Both the position numbers and the translations under genes were made by a program. Shown piece by piece: positions 39,245-50,285 of a stretch of 64,000 nt of DNA. The DNA is taken from contig CM126228.1 in assembly GCA_052327205.1 (NCBI GenBank), forward strand, positions 31,248,001 through 31,312,000. The letters run 5' to 3'. Every line of letters starts with the position of its first letter. Position 1 is the stretch's first letter. Source of the stretch: Somniosus microcephalus. Lineage: Eukaryota. The notes below the pieces were generated by a model. That model was not told the origin of the DNA. It worked only from the letters and a program-made list of their open reading frames with translations, and made no database searches.

Positions 39245-40010
39245 GGCCCAGTAATTCCGGGCACAACGCGTGAGTAAGGATGGGGTACTCACGCGTGTGC
39301 CCGGAGGAATTGCCGATTTTCAGCATGCACAGTGCATGCGCTGAAAACCGGCATTTCCTGTCCTCTGACCCAAGGGGTTAAGAGGCAGAACGCGCACGAC
39401 TGCACAGGCAAGCGCGTGCGCAGTGAAATTCCTTTTTTTTTTCAGAGTTGCGCGTGTGTAAAGGCCTCCGGTCTTTACGCATAGAAAAACCACACGTAAG
39501 TACTTAGTTTTTCAGGTAAGTGGACTTTTAGTACAATTGAGAATTTTTTTTCCACAGGTTTGTTATTTTTAAAGAATTTACAGTAAGGTAAGTTTAGTTT
39601 TAGCCCCGATTCTTAAAAAAAATTTTTTTTTTCAAATTTTAAAATTATTGTTTAAAATAGTTTTTCAGAGTTCTTTATTGTTCATTTGAGTAGTGCAATG
39701 TTTTTTAAAATTTTCTTTCAGGTTTATGTAGTGTTTTGGGGCCAGGAGTTTTCATGAGTTTGACAGCTCTTTCTGTCAAACTCATGAATGAGTTTCCCCT
39801 CCCCTGATTGGCTGCACAGTGCTCACCTGATCCCAGCCGGCACATCGCACTAACTACGCCGCTGGATCAGGTAAGCACATCGCGCCGACATCTGAACCAG
39901 GCCAGTGACAGGAAATGCAAGCAGGCCCGGGCTTCAGATGTCGGCGCGCAGGGTGAGTGCAGATCGGGGGCTTGCACGCGCGGCAAGCTCCCAATCCTAA
40001 TTTCAGGGCC
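39245..40010. mobile_element. Non-autonomous Harbinger-type element (766 bp) in the right PLE arm
   Basis: Ends GGCCCAGTAATT and AATTTCAGGGCC; each end matches an end of the 34259-36964 element; imperfect 3-bp TSD AAT/TTT; empty site visible at 37050-37066 (reverse complement). Confidence 0.85.
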
Positions 40011-40116
40011 TTTATCTTTCCTGCCACTTACCTAAGCACAGTATGTTCCTTCAATTCCTTCCTCCCCTCCCTGTCTCTGCACCTGCTTAATATCTGTTAC
40101 ATCTCCAGCTTTTTCT

Positions 40117-40152
40117 AGTTCTGATGAAGGGTCCCAGATTGAAATGTTAACT
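40117..40152 (+). ncRNA. Degenerate hammerhead motif in the right pLTR
   Basis: agtt-ctgatga-agggtcccagatt-gaaa-tg-tta/act; helices II and III are weakened. Confidence 0.5.
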
Positions 40153-41434
40153 CTGTTTCTCTCACTACGGATGCTGCCTGGCCTGCTGAGTGCTTCCAAC
40201 ATTTTCTGTTGTTATTCCTAATAAAAATCTGTCGATTTCAGTCTTGAAAATTTCAATTGACCAAGTATCCAGCATGGTAACTATCTCAATAAAATAAATA
40301 CTATACATTAATTATACTAATGAGTATGGGGCATGGTCCTTTGATTATATTTATGATGTTATTGAGGTACAGCACAAATGACTCTTCATAAACTGGCCAC
40401 ATTAAGAATATATAAGAAACTGCCTTTTACTTCACTGAAGCTTGTCCCTCTTATACCTTAACTCTCTTAATTATAATCTAACTAACTTTGGAATTACCTG
40501 AATGTTTTTCATGTTTACTACTCAGCTGGTGCATTATTCAAAACATCACTCTTTCAGTAAATATGTTCTTTCTAATATGTGTTTTAAATTTACTTTTCAC
40601 TAATTACCTTTCTGTCCTCCACTCTTATTTTCCTGGCTTACTTTGAGCAATATTCTGGATTTAATTTCTACCATTTAATATGGTATTTAATTTCAAGGTC
40701 CCCATTAAATGCCTTCATACTCGACTATAGAACTTGAGCTTCTCTCACCGTTTCTCATAGTTCATTCCAGTTACACTTTGACTTAGTCTTGCTGCTGCCC
40801 TCTGTGCTCTTTCCAATGCATGCACTAAATACCTTTCCTGTGGCATGGTATCCAGAACTGAACACAGCACTTCAAATGTGCACTGACCAGTTCATTGTAA
40901 AGCCTTAGAGCATATTTATACTGCACCTTTCCTGTCACTGCAAAGTGCTTTTCACTTTACACCAACGCTAAGGTTGCAGTATAAATCTGAAGTAGGGTCC
41001 TACCGCATTCCAGAGAGCGTCAGTGTGAGATCCTCGGTAGGAAGTAGTCTCACATCTCTTGATTTTGACATTGTGTGGAATCAAATTCCAGTGCGATGTT
41101 GATCTGGATTTAAAAAGCGTGTGTGGGGCGTGGTCCTTTGGGCCTGAGAACTCTTTAAACCCACCTGGAGTCGATTTAAATGTTTAGTGAGTGTAAACGC
41201 TGACATCCACACTCTCTAAGTATTTACATTTTAGCGGTTGGAAGAGCTAGTGTGTGCAACCATACCTGTAAAGAGCTCTCTCCTAGGCAGGAGATTTTCA
41301 GTTCCAGCCAGGCAGTATAAACAGTGGTGCATGACTGGAACTGATTCTGCTGCTATTGTTCTCAGACTGATAGCTGTGACATATTGACAGCATTAGTATC
41401 AACTTTCAAGACTTGTATCTTACTATTATATTTA

Positions 41435-42082
41435 CGCATTGGAAAGGGTGCAGAGGAGGGACACAAGATTGTTTCTCAGTTTAAAAAGCCTTAGTTACCC
41501 AGATAGGCTCAACGAGTTGTGTCTCTATACTTTAGAGAAGTGTAGACTTCGTGATGATTTGATTGAGGTTTATAAAATAATGACCTGGATTGTGTTTATA
41601 TAGACCAATTATTTCAACTGAATAGGTTAGGGAGGACCAGGGGTCATGCTTACAAGTTATGTAAGGGCAGAACTAGGTTGGATGTTAGGTGGTTATTCCT
41701 TTTGCAGAGAATAGTGGACCTGTGAAATAAGCTGCCGTCTTGTGTGGTGAATGCTGATTCATGGTATTCCATCAACACAGAGCTGGACATCTTTCTGGCT
41801 GAGATCATCTCGTACAAGCGGTACATATCCTGTAACATAAATCAGGGCCAATGTGATCTCCTGGACTAGTTTCAATCGCTTAAAGGGGTCGGAGAGGAAT
41901 TGTCCATTGTTTTCCCTAATTGACCTGGGTTTCTATCTTTTTTTTGCCTCTCCTAGTAGATTACATGGCTCCGGGTAGGTGGGGAGTGTTTGTATTGTGA
42001 TGCATAAGGCATCACAACTATGTATAACAGGCTGGGTGGACCAAAAGCTGTTTTTCCATCCATCATTTTCGTATGTTCGTAT
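41435..42082 (+). mobile_element. CR1-clade LINE 3' fragment (family B)
   Basis: ALERVQRR..., LEKCRLRDDLIEVYKI and TRGHAYKL motifs; (TTCGTATG) tail. Confidence 0.88.
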
Positions 42083-42228
42083 ATCCCAGCATTCCAGTAG
42101 CTTTAGCACACTGCCTGCTCATTCCCAAGTCCTTTTCCCAAGTCCTTTTCCAAGTCTCCCTGTGCTAATACCATTGCATTCACTGCATAAATATCATGCA
42201 CAATTTTTCAGCTTGTGTGAAACGCTTT

Positions 42229-42936
42229 GGCCTAGAAATTCAGTAAGGCGCCACCAGCTTTGCGGCCAGTTACCGCCCAAAGAGGGCTTCTGCGCCAATA
42301 GAGGAGTTTGCGCTGATATTCAGCGCAGCGGTAATGGCGGCGGTAGCCGTTAGCGCTGCGCCGGCACCAATGACGTCATCGGTGTGCGCAGTGCCCCGGT
42401 TCCGCCCCGATACCGGCCCGACCCCCATATTTAGTTGCGGCCGCCTCTTCCGCAGCGGCCGCAAACAGCGACCAGAAAACGGGGCCGTACTGTAGCCTTA
42501 GTGGGGCGCTTTAAGGTGGAGGTGCGGCCGGCCGCTTTTTCGGCGGCCACCTGCCCACACCTCCTTCCCCGGCCTCCTCCCCCCCCCCCGCGGCATTGCC
42601 GGCTGCTTTCCGCGAATCCGGCACTTCTCTGTGGTGCCGGGCTCATTTGCCGGCACTATCCAGCGGCGATCTCCCCGTTGCAGGCACCTCCCCCTTAAGA
42701 GAAGGAGGAGGCCTGCAGTACCGTAGCTTGCCGCTCCATAGCAGGTGGCGCAGCGGCGCCTAGAGCGCTGAAATTCAGTTTCAGCGCTCCAAGTGGGGGC
42801 GGGCACACCCTGGAATAGCGCCCGGTTCCGACTTGGGGTGCAAAAACTGAATATCTGACGGGCGCAACTGGCTCCGCGCTCAGCGCTAACTTTTGGGCGC
42901 ACGCCAGCTGGCGGGCCCAAAGTGAATTTCTGGGCC
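42229..42936. mobile_element. Harbinger MITE (708 bp) related to the autonomous element at 46214
   Basis: TIRs GGCCTAGAAATTCA / TGAATTTCTGGGCC; TTT TSD on both sides; CpG-rich. Confidence 0.9.
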
Positions 42937-45160
42937 TTTATATTTAACAGTGTTCCATTTCATTTTCCCTTTGCCTGTCCAGTGACATAACCACTCTAAA
43001 GCTTTGTGCAAATCTTAGCTGCATCCTTTGTTCTACTCCCCTCACCATTACAATGCCACCAGAAATTGTACAAGCTTACATTCAGTTTCAGTATCCAGAC
43101 CATTCATGTACATTAGATTAGAAGCAATAGAACTCCAACTCCACGGAATTCTTCTCAATACCTTCTCCCAGCCTGACATCACATTGTCACAAACCATCTT
43201 GGTTTCCTCTTCTTCTACTAACCCCTTATCCTATTTCCCCATTCTACTCTGCATTCCTGTGGCTTTTAGATACATTAGAATGTGGAACTTCATCAAAAGT
43301 TTTTTGAAAGTTCCGATAAACTACAACAGTATTTTTAACCTGTTTGCATGTTAGGACCCTCTTTTTGTGAAATTAGAATTTTGGCAATTGCCTTACCTCA
43401 GAACCTTAATGCAGCCATGACTAACTAAATACTAAAAGTCCTTCCCCTTTCACAGAGATACTATTTTCTTTGACCCATTCCTTATTCACGGAGGCACTTT
43501 TTCTTGCTCTGTCCCATGTTCACGCAGGCACTGTCCCTCCCTCCTTCACTGCATCTTGCCGGTCCTGATTCCAGCTACTACCCAGTGCTGTTGCTTTGCT
43601 CCAAGAAGGAGCCTTCTGCCACCTGTAGAAGAATTGACCTGATATTGCAAAAACTATCATAACGTCAGGAATTCCTGTCCACAGCACCCAACTCCTGATA
43701 TGAAGCAACAGAGTTAGGCACAAGGTGGAGCCAGGACTGGCATGATGGGTGCATCAGGCAGTAGAGTGGTGGTAAATCCTTGATGGGTGCTCACAAACCT
43801 CCTGGAGGGTCACAACTCATATGGTTGAGGACCACTGAACTACACCATAGAGAGCTCCACTAAATGCTTCATTTATAGCAAGGAGGTTGATCATGTACGA
43901 TCTTTCCCTTCTAAATCCATGTTTTCTGTTTCTTATCAAGTTATTGCTATACGGAAACTTCTTCAGCTTACCCCTCAGAAAGGATTCAATTTTACCCATT
44001 ATTGAAGTTAACTAATGGGCCTGTAGTTTCCTGGTTTTGTTTTGTTGTCCTTTTGTCCCAAAAAATGTGTGCGATGAGATTCTGGCCATTATGCTGGGAT
44101 AGTGCCCGCTGGTGCCCGCTGGTGCCCTACTGTGCTGACCCAGCTGGATTGTGCGGGGTCAGTGGGAGGAAGCCTGATATGCATGGGATCTAGAGGATAC
44201 CTGTGACCCCATGAGTTCATGTCAGATTCCCACCTACCCCACACTGCTGTCATCTGAAGGGGATACCCTGTACCCTACACCAAAGGCACCATTTTTACCC
44301 CTCTATGACCCCCTTACAAAGAGGGTTGATACTAAAACTTTCTGCTTAAAATTTCTCAATTTCAGGGGTCCAGGCTGCTTCGCTGAACCCCCCCCGACTG
44401 CTTCCTCACCACCCCCCGCCCCCCCATCCCAAGTTGTGCACTTCTGAAGGATGGTATGCCTCATCTCCCAGGATGTACCAACCTCCAGGCATACGCAGGG
44501 TCCCATATGGGCAGATAAGTGGGAACTCCCCAGTGTAGAGAGATCCCATTCCTGCCATTGCCCCCTCAGCATTGTAAAGGGTGGTCGGAGGCTCTGCCCC
44601 TTACAAGGTTGAGCAGGAATTCCCAGGTTAGGTTTGGAGCTGGCATATCCTGCTCTTGGCCTTTTTCCAAGATGTCCCTCTGGATTCCCATCAGAATAAA
44701 TCAGCTCCACTATGTTTGCATCCATTTCCTCAGGACTTCAGCAGTGTCCATTGAATTATCGACTGAAATAGTACCCCATAAATTTCTTCCCCGTTCTTCT
44801 TAAGCACCCTCAAATGTATGGCATCTGAGCCATGCCCAGAAACATATCACATAACTCTGCTATCACTGTCTTGAAAATAGACAGTTCGAATATTAGTGCA
44901 CAAACTTACCAATGTCCTTTCTAATGAATATGATTATAGCATCTTTATTTAATATGTAAGCTATTTTTTATTCTTTAATTTTACCATCACTTTTAGAACA
45001 CTCTCTAACTGTGCCTTAGCTATTGTGATATTGAAGAATATTTTTTGTATTTCTAGAATCGTTCTTGCATCTAAAATATCATTCAATCCCTATTTTAGAA
45101 AATTCATATACTTCTCCCAGATTTTCCTTTCTCCCCCTTTTCTTCGGGGACTTTGAATTC

Positions 45161-45590
45161 CTCTGAGTCAGAAGGTTGTGGGTTCAAGTCTCACTCCAAA
45201 GACAAGCACAAATTTCAGGCTGACACTTCAGTGCAATACTGAGGGAGTGCTGCACTGCTGGAGGTGCCGTCTTTCAGATGATACGTTGAACCGAGTCCCT
45301 GTTTGCTCTCTCAGGTGGACGTAAAAGATACCATGGCACTATTTGAAGAAGAGCAGGGGAGTTATCCCCAGTGTCCTGGCCAATATTTATCCCTCAATCA
45401 ACATCACTAAAAACAAATGATCTGGTCATTATCACATTGCTGTTTGTGGGATCTTGCTGTGTGCAAATTGGTTGCCACATTTCGTACATTAAACAATGAT
45501 TACACTTCAAAAGTACTTAATTGGCTGTAAAGCGCTTTGGGACATCCTGAGGTCATGAAAGGAGCTATATAAATGCAAGTTCTTTCTTTC
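45161..45590 (+). mobile_element. SacSINE1/DeuSINE-type SINE, slightly 5'-truncated
   Basis: gagtcagaaggttgtgggttcaagtc B-box, Deu domain (gtggacgtaaaagataccatggcact) and L2-type tail gctatataaatgcaagttctttctttc. Confidence 0.92.
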
Positions 45591-46575
45591 TACCTGCCCA
45601 GATCTCATCCTGCATCCTGTTTATTAACTCAAGCCAGATTTTGTGACTTCCCCAAGGATATCACTTTGGTTTCTTAATTTCTAACTCTCCTTTGATATGT
45701 AAAATTTGCTTTTTCTAATTTTCTGGAAATGCTATATCCTTGCATATTGAATTCATTCCCATCTTCCAGGGTGAACCATATTCCCGTATATTATTATAAT
45801 AATTGTCTGCTGCTAGATTTGCCTCTGACACAAGTATTATTGAATGTTTCTAGTATTTGGATTTAGGTAGTTCATTCTAATCTTTGTCTTTTCTTAGGTA
45901 GTTAACTCTCTGTGCTTATTTACTTATCCCATAATTACTTTCTGTTTTGCTATCTTCACACTCTAACCTCAGTTTATCTATAGTTAGAAACTTAACCTCT
46001 CCACATCCATATGTAGTTTAAATGAAGCACAATTATTTCCTCAACATTAACAGCTAGTCTTTCTGACCATGTCAAGTTTATATGCCCTTTCTCCTGTACT
46101 AACCTAATGAAAGACTCACCATCTGTGTCCTTCAAAAAAGAAACAGTTAAAAGAATTGCTGGTAACTTTAATAACCCTTTTTCTGTCTGTTCCTTTTAGT
46201 TTGTGGAGTCATTGGCCTAGAAATTCAGTTCGGACGCTATTGCGGCGCTAAAGTCGGGCGCTCGTCAAATTTAGCGGCCGCCGGAAAGTGCAGGCGAGCT
46301 CGCCGAAATTCAGTAGATTTGGCCAACTTTTTGGCCGAGCGCTGCAAAAGGCGTTGGAACCCTGTGTTCAGGCGCTAATCCGGCGATGCAGCCTAATAAC
46401 GCCGATTCCGGGCGCAGCGCAGGTGCGATCATGTGGTGAGTGTCAGCAGACACCCTGACGCCGGCCAGCTCTTAAAGGGGGAAGGCTCAACTTTGACTGC
46501 AGCCACGCCCTGCATGCTGTAGCCCTGCAACTAGGCCTCAGGACTGGTTGTGTGCCATATCAACGCCTGGAGGTC

Positions 46576-48778
46576 ATGGAGAGGGCCCGTGAAAGAGCCC
46601 AGCGGTTCTCTGAGCATGCGCTGGGTGTGCTCCTTCATGGGGTGCGCAAAAGAAGATGGGTCGTGTGCTCGGCTAGTGGCAGGAAGGCTCCCAGGAGCCA
46701 GTTCAGGGAGGCGTGGACCAAAATTGCCCGGAGGGTCTCCTCCAACTCCGATGTTCCCAGGAGTGCGGACCAGTGCCGCAAGAAATACAACGACCTATGT
46801 CGGCTGGTCAAGGTGAGTACCCTTTCCAATGTCCCCCTCATCCTTGCATGTGCACCTCCCATTAGGGCCAAAGGGACATCCAAGGTCTAATGCCCAGCCC
46901 TGCTGCCGCTGCAATGGCACTTGCATGTTAATCAATAGCTCTTTCTGCACTTACCACACTGTGCAAGCTATTCCACCATGGGAGGCCTCACACACAGCTA
47001 CAGGGCACCACACTGTGCAAGCTATTCCACCATGGCAGGCCTCACACACAGCTACAGGGCACCACACTGTGCAAGCTATTCCACCATGGCAGGCCTCACA
47101 CACAGCTACAGGGCACCACACTGTGCAAGCTATTCCACCATGGCAGGCCTCACACACAGCTACAGGGCACCACACTGTGCAAGCTATTCCACCATGGCAG
47201 GCCTCACACACAGCTACAGGGCACCACACTGTGCAAGCTATTCCACCATGGCAGGCCTCACACACAGCAACGGGGCACCACACTGTACTTAGACGCCCTC
47301 CTTTCTCTTGCAGGCCAAGCTGGCGAGGAACGCCAGGAGCCTGCGTGTCACTGGTGGAGGCCCTCATGATTACCAGGAGCTAACGCCTCTGGAAGAGAGG
47401 GTGGCCCGACTGCTGCGTCACCCGGTGATTGGGCCTGTGGCGCTCGGCGACGCCGACCCTATACTGGAACCCACTGGTAAGGACAGGACCGGGTGCACCT
47501 CTCTCCTTGCCCTCGCGCATCAGATCTACATCCTTCCCCACTGGCCGAAAAATTCGCACAATGCACCAGTGTGGCCTCCCTCGCTGTCGGCCTGTCCTCA
47601 CTCTAAAGCTACACTTGTGCCTTCCTGCTTTCAGCTGGTGAGGAGGAGGTGCTCCCTGAAGCCCACACAGCCAGGCCCTTGGAGGAGGAGGACGTCGAGG
47701 AGCAGCAGGAAGGCGCCACCTCGGGGGAACCCTCCTCCGCTCCAGGAGATGGCAATGAAGGGGAGACGTCTGGCGTGCCGGAGAGCCGGGGGAGGCGGGG
47801 GAGGGGAGCCCCGAACCTGGTCCCAGTGGCATGGACGCCCGCGGCAAGGCTCCGGCGGCACGCCAGCCTTCTGCCCAGAGGGGGGAGGCGGTGGAGGGGA
47901 GGGCAGAACCTGGTGCCAGTGGCGTGGCCGCACGCGGCAACGCTCCGGCGGCACGCCAGCCTTCTGGCCAGAGGGTGGAGGCGCCCTCCAGTCCGGACTC
48001 GGACGTCGCCCAGGAGGTGCGCCTCCTGGACGAGATGTCGGCGGCGTCGGAGCGCCGGCACGTGGAAATCATGGAGGTGGTGGCACAGATGCCTCAGGCC
48101 ATCGAAAGCCTCGCTCAAAGTGTGGTGGCTTTCGGCCAATCCCAGGCCAGGGGCCTAGAGCTTTTCGCAGCAGCGCACGCCAGGGGGGTGGAGCTCCTTG
48201 TGGCAGCGCATGAGAGGGGGGTCGAACAACTCGAGGCAGCGCAGCACGCCAGTCGCCAGCTGAGAGGTGCTGTGCAGACAATGGCACTGCAGATGCGGGG
48301 ACATGCCGGCGCAGTTGGGGCACTGACTTCTGCCACCCTCGCACTGGCGCGGAGGCGTCGCCAGGCCAGCCGCCGCCCTGCTGCCGCACACCGGTCTGGC
48401 GACCAACAGTTTGGCGCGCTTGCTCCCCGGCCAGGCCGGCCGAGTGCACGTGTGTCTGGCGACCAGCGCGCGCCTGGCATCACCCACCTTGTCCCCATTG
48501 GTGCAGGCGAGCCTGCCACTCCCCCAGCCAGGGTGCAAGGAGCTACTGCAGCCAGTGAAGAGGGCCACCCACAGCTGCAGCAGCCACCAGCCGGCCCCTC
48601 CCGGGCCCGCCCTCGTGTAGGCCGACCCCCAAGGGCATCTGGCGAGACGCCTTGTCGCCCTGAGGATCCTTCCCCCAGCCTCGGCACAGCCTCACGGCCC
48701 AGCTTGAGGCGCAGCAGCAGGACGGGCCGGGGCAAAAGACGGCTGTCGACAGACTCGCCCTCTCGCCACACCGAATAG
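46576..48778 (+). CDS. Harbinger Myb/SANT-like DNA-binding protein; exons 46576-46812, 47314-47476, 47635-48778; one frameshift near 47790 (about 514 aa if repaired)
   Basis: Exon 1: RAQRFSEHALGVLLHGVRKRR...AWTKIARRVS...RSADQCRKKYNDL, ending AAG|GTGAGT. Exon 2: AKLARNARSLRVTGGG...LTPLEERV, between ttgcag and G|GTAAG. Exon 3 follows tttcag in matching phase 1, acidic then helical. Confidence 0.85.
46953..47286. repeat. 54-bp minisatellite, about 6.2 copies, in Myb intron 1
   Basis: accacactgtgcaagctattccaccatggcaggcctcacacacagctacagggc; the inner copies are identical. Confidence 0.97.
47788..47983. repeat. 93-bp coding tandem duplication in Myb exon 3
   Basis: The word aggcg recurs at 47793, 47886 and 47979; it encodes a 31-aa unit. 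Confidence 0.9.
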
Positions 48779-49025
48779 AGTGTGTTGAGCGAGGGTTTGG
48801 GTGATGCGGGGGCTTCTGTTCTGGGGGGCATTATGTGTTTTGGTTTTATGGGGGTCTTTGTGTTGTTGGGGGGGCTTGTTTTTGTTAGGCCAGTGACGAA
48901 GGCCATTTGGATGGTGATGTTATGTTAGTCCTCCCCAGGTTTTGGGAGTGACAGAAGTTTGTTACTGTTTTTTGGGGGTCTTCTCTGTTTTGCTCTTCCA
49001 TGTGGGAAGGGCCCTGAGTTTTTGA

Positions 49026-49045
49026 AATAAAGATGTTTATTTATT
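49026..49045. terminator. Back-to-back polyadenylation signals for the two convergent Harbinger genes
   Basis: AATAAA on plus at 49026-49031; AATAAA on minus at 49036-49041 and 49040-49045, between the two stop codons. Confidence 0.65.
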
Positions 49046-49148
49046 CACCATGTGCAGGTGTCATGTTTCAAGTGGTTGTTGGGTTAACCGGCTGAGGGCT
49101 TGCGAAGTGGCTGCGTTCAGTGGGCCAGGCCATTCCCTGACAGGGGGC

Positions 49149-50285
49149 CTAGAAGTGTCGAGCAATAAGCCCCCGGCGGACGGCCCTTGGACCTTGTCGC
49201 TCCCTCCTGGCCTGGTGCTCCTCCTCCTCAGGGTCTTCCTGCTCGTCCTCCTGAGGTGGTGGGGCAATGTCAGGTGGCAGTGCCTGAGTCCTGCGGATAG
49301 CCAGGTTGTGGAGCATGCAGCACACCATGACGAACTGGGAGACTCTATCCGGCGAATACTGAAGAGACCCGCCCGAACGATCCAGGCAACGGAACCGTTG
49401 CTTGAGGACGCCTATCGTTTGCTCTATTAGGTTCCTTGTGGCTTGATGGCTTTCGTTGTATGCCAGCTCCGCTGGGGTCCTGGGCGCGCGGAGCGGGGTC
49501 ATGAGCCATCTGCACAAAGGGTAGCCCTTGTCCCCGATAAGCCATCCCCTTGGTGGAGGCTGTGCCTGGAACATGTCAGCCACAGTAGTCTGGCGCAGGA
49601 TAAAGGCATCGTGGCTGCTTCCTGGGAAGCGGGCATTGACAGCTAGGATGCGCTGCCTGTGGTCACACACCAGCTGCACATTTAGGGAATGGTAGCCCTT
49701 CCGGTTGCGGTATTGCTCGGCATTGTGGATAGGTGCCCGCATAGCCACATGCGTGCAGTCAATGGCGCCCTGCACCATGGGGAAGGCCGCGATCCTGGCA
49801 AATCCGAATGCACGCTGCTCCTGCTTGTGTTGGGTCATGGGGAAGGAGATGAATTGGTGCCTCCTCGTGAAAAGTGCTTCGGTGACCTGTCGGATGCAGC
49901 GATGCGCGGCGAACTGGGAGATGTTCGCGATGTCCCCAGCAGCGGCTTGGAAGGAGCCGCTTGCATAAAAGCTGAGAGCCACCGTGACCTTCACTTCCAC
50001 CGAGAGAGACGCCCTGGACATGAGCTGTGGCTGAAAATCTGCATGAAGCAGCTGGCAGATCTCTTCAACCACCTCCCTTCTGAAGCGCAGCCTCTTAACA
50101 CAATGCGCCGCAGTCATGGTGAGATATGAGACCTGCTCCCGGTATTGCCTGACTGGGTAAGGCCTACGTTGGCGACGCCTAATGGCCCCTCTGCGTCTAG
50201 GCATGCCTGGCCCTGTCTCAAAGCGTCTGCGAGCCCTTCGCACAAAATGTAGGAACTGAGGGTTGGCCCCCCATGCAGCCCCCAT
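49149..50285 (-). CDS. Harbinger (HARBI1-like) DDE transposase, uninterrupted 378-aa ORF
   Basis: KRLRFRRE, ALSFYASGSFQ, GAIDCTH, YRNRKGYHSLNVQLVCD, FPGSSHDAFIL, GDKGY, TRNLIEQTIGVLKQRFRCL, CCMLHN; first ATG at 50285. Confidence 0.96.
   Translation of the reverse strand: MGAAWGANPQFLHFVRRARRRFETGPGMPRRRGAIRRRQRRPYPVRQYREQVSYLTMTAAHCVKRLRFRREVVEEICQLLHADFQPQLMSRASLSVEVKVTVALSFYASGSFQAAAGDIANISQFAAHRCIRQVTEALFTRRHQFISFPMTQHKQEQRAFGFARIAAFPMVQGAIDCTHVAMRAPIHNAEQYRNRKGYHSLNVQLVCDHRQRILAVNARFPGSSHDAFILRQTTVADMFQAQPPPRGWLIGDKGYPLCRWLMTPLRAPRTPAELAYNESHQATRNLIEQTIGVLKQRFRCLDRSGGSLQYSPDRVSQFVMVCCMLHNLAIRRTQALPPDIAPPPQEDEQEDPEEEEHQARRERQGPRAVRRGLIARHF

Larger units (their letters stand above)
34092..40216. 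mobile_element. Penelope-like retroelement (PLE) insertion, head-to-head inverted structure
   Basis: Perfect 14-bp TSD CCTAATAAAAATCT at 34078-34091 and 40217-40230. Minus arm: 34092-34258 plus 36968-37649. Plus arm: 37646-39244 plus 40011-40216. GATC microhomology at the inversion junction 37646-37649. Confidence 0.93.
40480..46090 (-). mobile_element. Very old CR1 LINE broken up by later insertions (pieces near 40480-40910, 42940-43340, 43860-44040, 44770-45110, 45600-46090)
   Basis: Minus peptide NNLIRNRKHGFRRERSYMINLL (CR1 RT ..QHGF..GRSC.TNL); ccagaactgaacacagcacttcaaatgtg reads as CR1 ORF2 C-terminal sequence. Assigning all pieces to one copy is inferred. Confidence 0.55.

Noticed and set aside
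46953-47286. Regular array as CRISPR or as a repeat protein (HHTVQAIPPWQASHTATG; CPVAVCEACHGG)
   Set aside because: There are no unique spacers, the context is eukaryotic, and the array lies within a GT-AG intron; the ORFs arise from the 54-bp unit length.
47380-48906. Long antisense and alternative-frame ORFs (230-301 aa)
   Set aside because: Shadow ORFs of the GC-rich Myb exon 3.
49149-50285. Domesticated host gene HARBI1 (and NAIF1/MSANTD for the Myb gene)
   Set aside because: Both genes lie inside perfect TIRs with a TSD, so they are transposon genes.
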